Of a DNA stretch of 62,210 nt, positions 1-8,566 are shown one piece after another. Position numbers and translations under genes: made by a program. Numbering within the stretch: the stretch's first letter is position 1; every line of letters begins with the position of its first letter. The notes under the pieces were generated by a model, which worked only from the letters and a program-made list of their open reading frames with translations, was not told the DNA's origin and made no database searches. This stretch comes from Halobacteriaceae archaeon (GTDB taxonomy: Archaea; Halobacteriota; Halobacteria; Halobacteriales; Halobacteriaceae), in assembly GCA_042216675.1 (NCBI GenBank), contig JBDGTS010000002.1, positions 1 through 62,210 of the forward strand, given 5' to 3'.

Positions 1-54
1 CAATCATATGGGCCTTTGGAGCCCATGACGGCGGTTCGAATCCGCCCGGGACTA
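1..54 (+). tRNA. tRNA-Gln(UUG), 5'-truncated by window edge
   Basis: Anticodon arm TGGGC-CTTTGGA-GCCCA, T arm GGCGG-TTCGAAT-CCGCC, acceptor 3' strand CGGGACT-A. Confidence 0.9.
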
Positions 55-56
55 TC

Positions 57-145
57 TTCTCGCGAACAGTAGTGAGCGAGAGATATCCTTACGGATTCGA
101 AGCAGGGAGTGACAGCGACTGGGGTTCAATCCGCCCGGGACTATC
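57..145 (+). repeat. tRNA-Gln trailer: hairpin, antisense T-arm copy (92-101) and direct copy of the tRNA 3' end (123-145)
   Basis: GGTTCGAATCCGCCCGGGACTATC (33-56) vs GGTTCAATCCGCCCGGGACTATC (123-145); CGGATTCGAA (92-101) is the reverse complement of TTCGAATCCG. Confidence 0.8.
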
Positions 146-159
146 CTGATGGCCTCAAC

Positions 160-474
160 TCAGTTCTTCCCCCAGTCCGAATCCTTGAGCGACGAGAGCG
201 CGGACCCGCTCTCCGACCCGAGCGTCGCGCCGGACGTGGTGAGTTTGTACACGACCAGCACGTAGCCACCGACGGCGGCGGCGAGGAGGACCGCCGCGAG
301 GGCGTCGCCCCCGCCCACGGCCGGTTCGACGACGTTGGTGGTGGCCCAGCCAACTCCGGTGACGACGGCGACGAACCCGCCGACGATGACCGCGGCGTAG
401 AGGGCGAGGAAGCCGACGGCGAGGGCGTACCGGAGAAGCGTCGTCTTCAGCTCGGGGTCTTGGTCGTCGCCCAT
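160..474 (-). CDS. small membrane protein, two TM helices
   Basis: 104 aa ORF, two hydrophobic stretches, host-like codon usage. Confidence 0.65.
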   Translation of the reverse strand: MGDDQDPELKTTLLRYALAVGFLALYAAVIVGGFVAVVTGVGWATTNVVEPAVGGGDALAAVLLAAAVGGYVLVVYKLTTSGATLGSESGSALSSLKDSDWGKN

Positions 475-535
475 GGGTGGTCCTCTTCCCCGCCCAAGTT
501 ATGTTTTCCGGCCAACAAATCGTGTCCGCCGGCAC

Positions 536-1528
536 TCACTCCTCCGCGATGAAGCCCTCGATGTCGCCGGTGGCGCTGTCGCTGACGACGAACTGGCCGG
601 CGGCCTGCGTGCGGCGACTCACCGCCGCGACCCGGAGGACGTAGCTGCCGACGAGGATGAACGGGGCGAGGGCGACGGCCTCCACGGACGCGACGAGGAG
701 GTGGCTCGTCGGAATCACGCCGAGGAAGTGCATGAACGAGGCCGTGGTCGCGACGGCGCCGAGCGACGTGAACACCAGATTTCGGGAGAGGTTCGCGAAC
801 TCCTGTCGGATGTAGAGCGACTTGAAGTACGACCGCGCGGTGGCGAAGTACTGGAGCAACTGGAGCAAGTCACCGATGGCTTCGTCGGCCGTCTCCGGGA
901 GCGAGTCCTCGTGAGCAGTCTGCAGGCGCCGCAGGTCGTTTATCTGCCGGTCGTGGTTGTAGTCCATCATCGCCATGACGATGTCCGCGTTGGCGGTGGC
1001 GTCACGGAGTTGGCGGTTCATCTCGCCAGTCTCGGCACCCAACGAGTGCAGATAGCGGTCGAGGTCCGCGCGTAGGTCGAACTCCGAGGTGCGCAGATCC
1101 GAGTCGAGACGCTGTGCGCGACCGAGAATCTCCGCCGAGAGCAGGCGGACGAGACCCGACGGTTCGGCCGGGACGTGTTTCACGTCGAGAATGTCTTCGA
1201 GGTGCCGCCGGTACTCGACGATGCTCTGGACCCGGCCGAGTTTCTGCCCGAGTGCGGCCTCCTCTTGGGTGACGAACAGGGAGTTCACGGACACGACGAT
1301 GGAGAACAGGAGGAAGTTCCCGCTCAGCAGCGCTCCGATGAGTGGGACTGTCGTCTCATCGTGACCCGTCGGGTCCGCGACGCTGAACTCCACGAGGTGG
1401 CCGCCGACGCCGACGAGCAGAAAGCCGCCGAGCAGTGCGACGCCGGCCACCGTCTCCCTGTCGCCGTCGAGCGTGACCCACCGGTAGAGGCGCCGGCCAC
1501 GGGTCCGAAGCCACGAGTCGGGGTCCAC
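536..1528 (-). CDS. hypothetical multi-pass membrane protein
   Basis: 330 aa, N- and C-terminal TM pairs around an acidic helical domain; GTG start. Confidence 0.7.
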   Translation of the reverse strand: MDPDSWLRTRGRRLYRWVTLDGDRETVAGVALLGGFLLVGVGGHLVEFSVADPTGHDETTVPLIGALLSGNFLLFSIVVSVNSLFVTQEEAALGQKLGRVQSIVEYRRHLEDILDVKHVPAEPSGLVRLLSAEILGRAQRLDSDLRTSEFDLRADLDRYLHSLGAETGEMNRQLRDATANADIVMAMMDYNHDRQINDLRRLQTAHEDSLPETADEAIGDLLQLLQYFATARSYFKSLYIRQEFANLSRNLVFTSLGAVATTASFMHFLGVIPTSHLLVASVEAVALAPFILVGSYVLRVAAVSRRTQAAGQFVVSDSATGDIEGFIAEE

Positions 1529-1606
1529 AGGGGCAGGTGCCGGCGTGACGCCTTAGCGGTGGTGGCTACCGCCAGCGTATTGCCCCCGCCGCCCACACCA
1601 CGTCGC

Positions 1607-2689
1607 ATGCACCAGCGATTCGTCGCGCCCCGGACCTATGTGCAGGGCGCGGGGGCACTCGACGACGCAGCGGAGGCGTTCGACGGCCTCGGGACCGACC
1701 GGGCGTTTGTTCTCGGGGGCGAGACGGCCCTCGCCGCGGCCGAGTCGCGCCTCGTCGACGGCATCGAGACGGCGGGCACCGACGTGGGCGCCGTCTCGCG
1801 GGGCGTGACCGCCTGTACGGATTCGACGGTGGAGACGCACGTCGGTCGGGTCGAGAACACCGGCGCGGACCTCGTCGTCGGCGTCGGCGGCGGCGTGGCG
1901 ATGGACGTGGCTACGGCCGTCGCGACTCGGACGGACGCCGCACTCGCGGCCGTACCCACCGTCGCCAGCACCGACGCGCCGTGTAGCACCGTCGCGGTCA
2001 TCTACGACGAGGCGGGGACCTTCCTGCGGACCGACCTCCGCGACCGGAACCCCGAACTCGTCCTCGTGGACACCGCCGTCGTCGCAGGGGCGCCGGCGCG
2101 CTTTCTCGCGGCCGGGATGGGCGATGCGCTGGCGACACACTTCGAGGCGCGGGCCGTCGGCCGTTCCGGCGCCGAAACCGTCGCCGGCGGCACGTCGAGT
2201 TTCGCCGCGCGGGACGTGGCGGAGACGGCTCTCGAACGCGTCGAGGCGTACGGCCCGGACGCGCTGGCGGCCGTCGAACGCGACGCCGTCACGCCCGCTG
2301 TCGAGCGCGTCGTGGAGGCGAACACGCTCCTCTCGGGGCTTGGCTTCGAGAGCGGCGGCACCGCGGGCGCCCACGCAGTTCAGATCGGCCTGACGAACGT
2401 CGGCGTCCGGGCGCCCCACGGCGTCCTCGTCGCGTTCGGCACGATTGCTGAACTCGTGCTGGAGGACGCGCCACCCGAGACGCTGGCGCGAGCGCTGGAC
2501 GCCGTGTTTGCCGTCGGCTTGGACCGCACGCTCGCGGAGTTCGACGCCGCCGACGCCGACCTGACGCGCGTCGGCGAAATCGCGGTGGCGAACGGGATGG
2601 GCGACGAACCCATCGACCCCTCGCCGGCCCGCGTCGCCGACGCGGTGCGGACGGCGGACGAGCTGGTGGCGCGGCGCCGTCAGGCGTAG
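1607..2689 (+). CDS. gldA: glycerol dehydrogenase (metal-dependent polyol dehydrogenase family)
   Basis: Start MHQRFVAPRTYVQG; GVGGG, PTVASTDAPCS, GMGDAL, LSGLGFESGG, AH and HG motifs. Confidence 0.85.
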   Translation: MHQRFVAPRTYVQGAGALDDAAEAFDGLGTDRAFVLGGETALAAAESRLVDGIETAGTDVGAVSRGVTACTDSTVETHVGRVENTGADLVVGVGGGVAMDVATAVATRTDAALAAVPTVASTDAPCSTVAVIYDEAGTFLRTDLRDRNPELVLVDTAVVAGAPARFLAAGMGDALATHFEARAVGRSGAETVAGGTSSFAARDVAETALERVEAYGPDALAAVERDAVTPAVERVVEANTLLSGLGFESGGTAGAHAVQIGLTNVGVRAPHGVLVAFGTIAELVLEDAPPETLARALDAVFAVGLDRTLAEFDAADADLTRVGEIAVANGMGDEPIDPSPARVADAVRTADELVARRRQA

Positions 2690-2877
2690 CGCTTCGTGTC
2701 CGCGTACCCGCAGTGTTCACACCGCATCCTGACCTGTTCGTCCTCGACGTCCCACTCGTACTCGGTGGCGCCACAGGAGGGACAGGACACGTCGCCGGTG
2801 TCGCCGCTCTCTTGCCACGCCGACCGGAGTTCCGTCTCGGCGCCTTCGATGGACGCCGCTGGCTCTTCTGGTGCCAT
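2680..2877 (-). CDS. small Zn-ribbon protein
   Basis: 65 aa with CPSCG...CEHCG. Confidence 0.7.
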   Translation of the reverse strand: MAPEEPAASIEGAETELRSAWQESGDTGDVSCPSCGATEYEWDVEDEQVRMRCEHCGYADTKRYA

Positions 2878-2915
2878 AGACCGGACGTGGACGGCACGCC
2901 CCTTGTGTCCCGGGC

Positions 2916-3341
2916 CTAGTCCTCACGGTGGACCGTCAGCACCGGCACCGACGACGTGCGCACGACGCGTTCGGTGACGCTCCCCAGCAGATAGCGGTCC
3001 AGCCCCTCTCGGCCGTGGGTCGGCATCACGATGACGTCCACGTCGCGCGTCTCGGCATAGTCGAGAATGGTGCGGTAGGGCGGCCCCTGCACGACTTCGC
3101 CCGCCGCTTCGACGCCGCGGCCCTGCGCCCGGTCCACGAGGTCAGCGATGGCCTCCTCGCCTTCGGCTTCGAGGGCGTCCACCACTTCGCCCTCCACCAT
3201 CGTGACGCTCTCGCGGGACGTGTCGGCGACGAACAGGACGGAGAGCGACGCGTCGAACGTGGCGGCGAGGTCGATGGCGTGGTCGAACGCGCCCGCCGCG
3301 CCCTCGCTCCCGTCCGTCGGGAAGAGAATCGACTCGTACAC
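2916..3341 (-). CDS. universal stress protein
   Basis: YESILFPTDGS and MPTHGREGLDRYLLGSVTERVVR motifs. Confidence 0.92.
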   Translation of the reverse strand: MYESILFPTDGSEGAAGAFDHAIDLAATFDASLSVLFVADTSRESVTMVEGEVVDALEAEGEEAIADLVDRAQGRGVEAAGEVVQGPPYRTILDYAETRDVDVIVMPTHGREGLDRYLLGSVTERVVRTSSVPVLTVHRED

Positions 3342-3381
3342 GCCCCGCCATTTGGTGAGGCGGACAAAAAGCCCCGTGGCG

Positions 3382-4614
3382 TCACACGGTGACCGTGTCG
3401 CCGACGGCCGGGGCGGTGGCGTCGAAGCCCATTCCCCGGAGGTCGTCGGCGAAGGCGGCGCAGTCGTCGCCGTGGTTCACGACGACCCGGGCGTCGCGGT
3501 AGGCGTCGAGAAACGACAGGAGGCCCGCCCGGTCGGCGTGCGCCGAGAAGTCGTAGGACTCCACGCGGGCGCTGACCGGCATCACGCGGCCGTCGATTTC
3601 CGCGCGACCGGTGTCGAGCAGTTCTCGGCCGGGAGTGCCTTCCACTTGATAGCCCGTGAGCGTAATCTTGTTCGTCGGACTGCCGCGAATCTCGGGCACG
3701 TAGGTCATCGCCGGGCCGCCCGAGAGCATCCCGCTGGTGGTGACGATGGCCGTCTGCTGGTCGGCGATACGCTTCCGCTGGCCGTCACGACCCGTGACGG
3801 TGCGGGCGTGACCCGCCGCCTCGTCGAGGGCGTCGCCGTCGCGGAGGTACTCGGGGTGGCCCCGGAGCATCTCCGTCACGTCCACGCCCATCCCGTCGAC
3901 GTAGCAGGGGATGTCGTGGCGCGCACAGAGCAGGAGCATCTCCTGTGTCCGCCCGATGGCGAACGCGGGGACGACGACCGTGCCGCCCTCCCAGAGCGTC
4001 GACTGCACGCTCTCGGCGAAGCGCTCCTCGACGGCGCGCCTGTCCTCGTGGTCGACGTCGGCGTAGGTGCTCTCGCAGATGACCACGTCCGCGTCCGGGC
4101 GGGCCGTCGTCCCCGAGACGAGGCGCTGGTCGTCGGTGTGGAAGTCGCCGGTGTAGAGCAAGCGCGTCTCCCCGTCGTCCACGAGGACGTGTGCGCTCCC
4201 GGGGATGTGGCCGGCGTCGTAGAGCGTCACCTCGTAGCCCGCCGCCTCGAACCGCTCGCCGTAGCCGTGCGTCTCCGAGAACTGCGAGACGCGGGCCACG
4301 TCGGCCTCGGTGAACGGACAGCGGTAGGTGTTGCCGTGGAGTTTCAGCGTGTCGCGCGCCAGCGTCCGGCAGAAGTCACGCGTCGGCGGCGTCCAGTGAA
4401 TCGTCGGGTCGCGCTCCCCCGCCACGAGCGACGGGACGGCCCCCGCGTGGTCGAGGTGGCCGTGGGAGACGACGACGGCGTCGGGGGCCACGTCGCCCAC
4501 GGGGGTCCGCGGCGGCGTCCCGGTCAGCAGGCCGTAGTCGAGGAGGAGGCTGTCGTCGACGAGGACGGCGCTCCGTCCGACTTCGCCGGCACCGCCGAGA
4601 AACCGAACGTCCAT
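3382..4614 (-). CDS. MBL-fold beta-CASP ribonuclease (aCPSF-like)
   Basis: HGHLDH, AGHIPGS, TGD, ESTY, FAIGRTQE, FSAHAD and HG motifs. Confidence 0.9.
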   Translation of the reverse strand: MDVRFLGGAGEVGRSAVLVDDSLLLDYGLLTGTPPRTPVGDVAPDAVVVSHGHLDHAGAVPSLVAGERDPTIHWTPPTRDFCRTLARDTLKLHGNTYRCPFTEADVARVSQFSETHGYGERFEAAGYEVTLYDAGHIPGSAHVLVDDGETRLLYTGDFHTDDQRLVSGTTARPDADVVICESTYADVDHEDRRAVEERFAESVQSTLWEGGTVVVPAFAIGRTQEMLLLCARHDIPCYVDGMGVDVTEMLRGHPEYLRDGDALDEAAGHARTVTGRDGQRKRIADQQTAIVTTSGMLSGGPAMTYVPEIRGSPTNKITLTGYQVEGTPGRELLDTGRAEIDGRVMPVSARVESYDFSAHADRAGLLSFLDAYRDARVVVNHGDDCAAFADDLRGMGFDATAPAVGDTVTV

Positions 4615-4691
4615 CGCGCGAACGTAGCGCCCGGCGGCGCTTGTGTTCGTCGGTTCCGGACCTTGAAGTCGCGCCCGGCCCTCGTGCCGCT

Positions 4692-5075
4692 ATGACGCCG
4701 CGCGAGACGGTGGAGGCGTACTACGATGCGCTCCGAGGCGGCGACCCGCTCGTCCCCTTCTTCGCCGACCGCGAGGACGTGGTGAAAGTCGGCGTGCGCG
4801 AGCGACTGGTCGGACGTGATGCCGTCGTTCGGGGTCTCCGCTCGCAGACGCGGGCGACGGCGGACTGGACCGTCGACAGCACCGACCTCAGCGTGGCGCG
4901 GGTCGGCCCGGACGCGGCCCGCTTCTCCGACGCGGTGGGGCTGGCGTGGACGAACGAGGAGACGGGCCAGCGCCGACGCTTCGAGACGCGGTGGGACGGG
5001 GTGCTGGAACGCCGAAACGGCGCGTGGGCCCTCGTGAGCCTCCACGTCAGCGCTCCGGCGGAACTGCCGTCCTGA
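4692..5075 (+). CDS. SnoaL/NTF2-like protein
   Basis: ETVEAYYDAL start; ...RWDGVL...W..VSLHVS end. Confidence 0.75.
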   Translation: MTPRETVEAYYDALRGGDPLVPFFADREDVVKVGVRERLVGRDAVVRGLRSQTRATADWTVDSTDLSVARVGPDAARFSDAVGLAWTNEETGQRRRFETRWDGVLERRNGAWALVSLHVSAPAELPS

Positions 5076-5161
5076 GTCGGGCCGTCGTAACGCCTAAGAG
5101 CCAAACACGCGTAGTTCTCGACAACTATGAACGCGACTGCGCTCCCGGCGGAGGTGATGCT

Positions 5162-5854
5162 GTGGGTGTCGAAATAAAGGAATCGCCCGTCACCGACGCC
5201 GAGTTCGCGGAGATGAAGGAGTTCGTCCGCGATTATCTCCGCGCCAGCGTCGAGAACGAGGACGAGGGCGGCCGAATGCGGTGGTACCCGTGGCACTCCG
5301 CGGAGTACCGGTTCAACCACATCCTGAACGTCGTCGACCTCGCGACTGACATCGCCCGCGAGGAGGGGGGCGACGAGGACGTCGTGCGCGTCGCGGCGCT
5401 GTTTCACGACATCGCCAAACTCGACGCGGAACAGGACGCCCACGCCGACGAGGGCGCCCGCGTCGCCCGCGAGTACCTCGAAACCCACGGCGACTTCCCC
5501 GAGTCGTTTCGGGACCGGGTCTGTCGCGCCGTCGCGGACCACTCCCATCAGGGCCCCCTCGACGAGGTGTCCCTCGAAACCCGGTGTCTCATCGAGGCCG
5601 ACGTCCTCGACAAGGTGGGCGCCAACGGCGCGGCACTGATGCTCCTGCGAATGGGCTACGAGTCCCGAACCCACATGGACAGCGCCGAGATGGTGGACCG
5701 CGTCCTCGAACGCGGCGTCGATGCCCTCGATACGGTGGAGAGCGACTACGCCCGCGACGTGGCCCACCGCCGCCTCAAGCGCGTCAAGTGGTTTCGGGAG
5801 TGGCTCACCGACGAGGTGGCCGAGATGGACGTCGAAGACGACGAGTCAGAGTAG
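5162..5854 (+). CDS. HD-domain hydrolase
   Basis: H...AALFHDIAK...EADVLDK; GGAGGTGA SD before GTG 5162. Confidence 0.85.
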   Translation: MGVEIKESPVTDAEFAEMKEFVRDYLRASVENEDEGGRMRWYPWHSAEYRFNHILNVVDLATDIAREEGGDEDVVRVAALFHDIAKLDAEQDAHADEGARVAREYLETHGDFPESFRDRVCRAVADHSHQGPLDEVSLETRCLIEADVLDKVGANGAALMLLRMGYESRTHMDSAEMVDRVLERGVDALDTVESDYARDVAHRRLKRVKWFREWLTDEVAEMDVEDDESE

Positions 5855-6559
5855 CGTCTGCACCAGACCGGGCACCTCACCGACGGTCTGGCCCCACACC
5901 GACACGCCGAGGGTGAGCGCCAGCACCGTGTCGAGTCCGAAGAAGGCGAAGAGCGCCGCGCCCGCGTAGTGGGCCTTCCGCACGTCGAAGTGGTGGGAGA
6001 ACCGATGGAAGAAGTAGCCGTTCGCGAGGCTCACCGGGATGATGGCGAGCATCTCGCCCAGCCAGATTGCCGTCGGGTGCGCGCCGTAGTTCGACGCGAG
6101 ACCGATGGTGACCAGTTGGGTCTTGTCGCCGAACTCGCCGAACGCCATCATCGCGAAGATGGGGAGCCACCCGCCGAGGACGGAGGGGACCCTCCACCCC
6201 ACGAACGGCACCGTCACGTCGAGGTTCCCGTCCGTCCCGAACGCCCCGCCGTCCGTCTCGACCACGTCGGCGCCCGATTCCGGCGCCGAGCGGTACAGCA
6301 TCACCGCGAACAGCAGGAACAGCCCCGCGGTGAACGCGTCGAGGACGACGCCGGGGAACGTTCGCTGGAGCCACTGCCCGAACACGATTTCGAGGGCGGT
6401 CCAGCCCGCGAACGCCGTCCCGGCCGCCGAGACGACGAGCAGGGGGTGATACCGCGTCGCTAGCCCGGCGATGATGAACTGCACCTTCTCGCCGGGGAGG
6501 ACTGCCAACTGCGTCCCGAAGGCGATGAGGACGACGCCGAACCACGTCGGGTCGGCCAT
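5846..6559 (-). CDS. TMEM165/GDT1 (UPF0016) Mn2+/Ca2+ transporter
   Basis: Two motif halves LPGEKVQ and EFGDKTQ; 6 TM. Confidence 0.88.
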   Translation of the reverse strand: MADPTWFGVVLIAFGTQLAVLPGEKVQFIIAGLATRYHPLLVVSAAGTAFAGWTALEIVFGQWLQRTFPGVVLDAFTAGLFLLFAVMLYRSAPESGADVVETDGGAFGTDGNLDVTVPFVGWRVPSVLGGWLPIFAMMAFGEFGDKTQLVTIGLASNYGAHPTAIWLGEMLAIIPVSLANGYFFHRFSHHFDVRKAHYAGAALFAFFGLDTVLALTLGVSVWGQTVGEVPGLVQTLL

Positions 6560-6576
6560 CTACGCCCACCTCCGGG

Positions 6577-7272
6577 TCACGCCTCGGTCACCCGGTTTGG
6601 GACCTCCTCGGCCGACCCCGCCGGGCGCACCCGAATCCGCGCCGCGAGGTCTTCCGGAAGGTGCTGGCGGCCCTCCTCGTGTTCCACGACGACGATGCCG
6701 ATGGGTTGGACCTCCGCGACGCGGAGTTCACGCCCCGGTTCGACCCCGGCGTCGGCGAGGTGGTCCAGTTCCGCCGGGTCACGGTCCTGCACTCGTGCGA
6801 CGACGACCCGGTCGTCCTCCTCGCAGGCCGAGAGGGGCGCCGTGTCGTCCTCCGCCAAGGGGTCGAGGTCCGCGTTCGGAATCGGGTCGCCGTGCGGGTC
6901 GATGGCCGGGTCCCCGAGTGCGGCGGCGACGCGTCGCTCGAACTCCTCGCTGATGTGGTGTTCGAGGGCGTCGGCCTCCTCGTGGACCTCGCTCCACTCG
7001 TAGCCCAACTGCTGAGCGAGATACGACTCCAGCAGGCGGTGGTGACGGAGCACCTCCAAGGCGAGTCGCTCGCCCTGGTCCGTGAGTTCGACGCCCTTGT
7101 ACTTCTCGCGGCGGACCAAGTCGCGGTCGGCGAGTTTCTTCAGCATGCTCGTGACCGTCGGTGCGGTCACGTCGAGGTACTCGGCGATGGCGGAGTTGGC
7201 GACGGGCGGTCCCCGCTCGCGCTCCAGCGTGTGGATCGCTTTGAGATAGTCCTCCATCACGTCGCTCGACAT
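6577..7272 (-). CDS. DtxR/MntR (SirR-like) metal-dependent regulator with FeoA-like domain
   Basis: MEDYLKAI, RHHRLLESYL, EADALEH, DPHGDPIP motifs. Confidence 0.92.
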   Translation of the reverse strand: MSSDVMEDYLKAIHTLERERGPPVANSAIAEYLDVTAPTVTSMLKKLADRDLVRREKYKGVELTDQGERLALEVLRHHRLLESYLAQQLGYEWSEVHEEADALEHHISEEFERRVAAALGDPAIDPHGDPIPNADLDPLAEDDTAPLSACEEDDRVVVARVQDRDPAELDHLADAGVEPGRELRVAEVQPIGIVVVEHEEGRQHLPEDLAARIRVRPAGSAEEVPNRVTEA

Positions 7273-7277
7273 ACGCC

Positions 7278-7297
7278 GAGTTAGACGCATCTAACTC
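7278..7297. promoter_or_regulatory. putative DtxR-family operator
   Basis: Perfect inverted repeat GAGTTAGA-CGCA-TCTAACTC (TTAG-N6-CTAA) between the TATA box and the regulator start. Confidence 0.7.
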
Positions 7298-7317
7298 TTA
7301 ACTCTGTCGGGCCTAAT

Positions 7318-8484
7318 TTAGACGCCCCGCCCCATCAGGTGGCTCCGTAGCACGTCGGCGTCCTTGCTCCCGTCGTCGGGGTTCACGAGGACGATGGTCT
7401 CGTCGCCGTCGAAGGCGCCCTCGTCGGCGAGGTCCCACGCCGCGGCCGCGGCGACGCCGCCGGCCACACTGAGTTCGACGCCGGCGCGGGCGGTGAGACG
7501 GACCGCGCTCTCCAGAATCTCGGGGTCCGCGACGGACACGGCCGCACCCCCCGACTCGCGGCAGGCCGCGACCGCCGCCTCGCCGCCCGGCGGGTCCGGG
7601 TCCTCCACGTCGCCGGCGATGGTGTCCGGGTGTTCGACCGGTTCGACCGCCTCGCCGGACTCGAAGGCGTCGACGATGGGCGCACAGCCCTCGGCTTGGG
7701 CGGCGTAGAGCGACGGCGACCCGTCCAGCAACCCCAGTTTGGTGAGTTCGCTCGCGGCGCGGTGGCTGGCGACGACGCCCGCGCCCGACCCCGTCGGGTG
7801 GATGACGGCGTCCGGCGCGGTCCAGTCGCGGGCCGCGGCCACCTCGTACAGCATCGTCTTCAGGCCGTCCACGACGTAGGGTGAGTCGAACGCCCGCGCA
7901 GGCGCCCAGTCGCCCTCGGACTTCTCGTAGGACCGCACGGCGTCGTTCAGGCGCCCCTCCACGACGGACATCTGGCCGCCGTGGACGTTTATCATCGCCT
8001 TGCGAACGAACCCGGCCCGCGTGGGGACGAACACCGTCGAGTCGACGTCAGCGCGGCCCGCGTACGCCGCGACGGACTGGCCGGTGGTGCCCGGGGAGGG
8101 GAGCGCCACCGACTCCGCGCCCGCGGCCGCCGCGGCGGAGACGGCGACGCTCGCGCCCCGGTCGGCGAACGCGCCCGTGGGGTTGCGCCCCTCGTCTTTC
8201 ACGAGGACGCTCTCGACGCCCAGTTCCTCGGCGACGGACGGGCACGCGACGAGTGGGGTGTCGCCCTCGTCGATGCTCACTGCCGCCGACGCGGGCATCG
8301 GCAACACGGCGTCGAAGTCCCACGCCGACTCGCCCGCCGCCACCGCGTCGGCGTCGACGGCGTCGAGGTTGTAGTCCGGCGCGAGGGGCGCGCCGCAGTC
8401 CGGGCACCGCCCGGTCGTCTCCGCGTCCTGTCGCTCGCCGCAGTCCGTACACGAGAGGCCCGTGAACGCGGCCGTCGTCTGCAT
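7318..8484 (-). CDS. threonine synthase-like PLP fold-II protein lacking the Schiff-base Lys
   Basis: N-terminal CxxC...CxxC, EGDTPL, KDEGRNPTGAFADRG (canonical SFKDRG). Confidence 0.8.
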   Translation of the reverse strand: MQTTAAFTGLSCTDCGERQDAETTGRCPDCGAPLAPDYNLDAVDADAVAAGESAWDFDAVLPMPASAAVSIDEGDTPLVACPSVAEELGVESVLVKDEGRNPTGAFADRGASVAVSAAAAAGAESVALPSPGTTGQSVAAYAGRADVDSTVFVPTRAGFVRKAMINVHGGQMSVVEGRLNDAVRSYEKSEGDWAPARAFDSPYVVDGLKTMLYEVAAARDWTAPDAVIHPTGSGAGVVASHRAASELTKLGLLDGSPSLYAAQAEGCAPIVDAFESGEAVEPVEHPDTIAGDVEDPDPPGGEAAVAACRESGGAAVSVADPEILESAVRLTARAGVELSVAGGVAAAAAWDLADEGAFDGDETIVLVNPDDGSKDADVLRSHLMGRGV

Positions 8485-8566
8485 GTCCGCCCGTCGTGGG
8501 CGGCGTGGGAAAGCGCTGCCGGTCGCGGTCGGAAGGCGTTTGTCGGCCCCCCACGAGGACCCGTCT

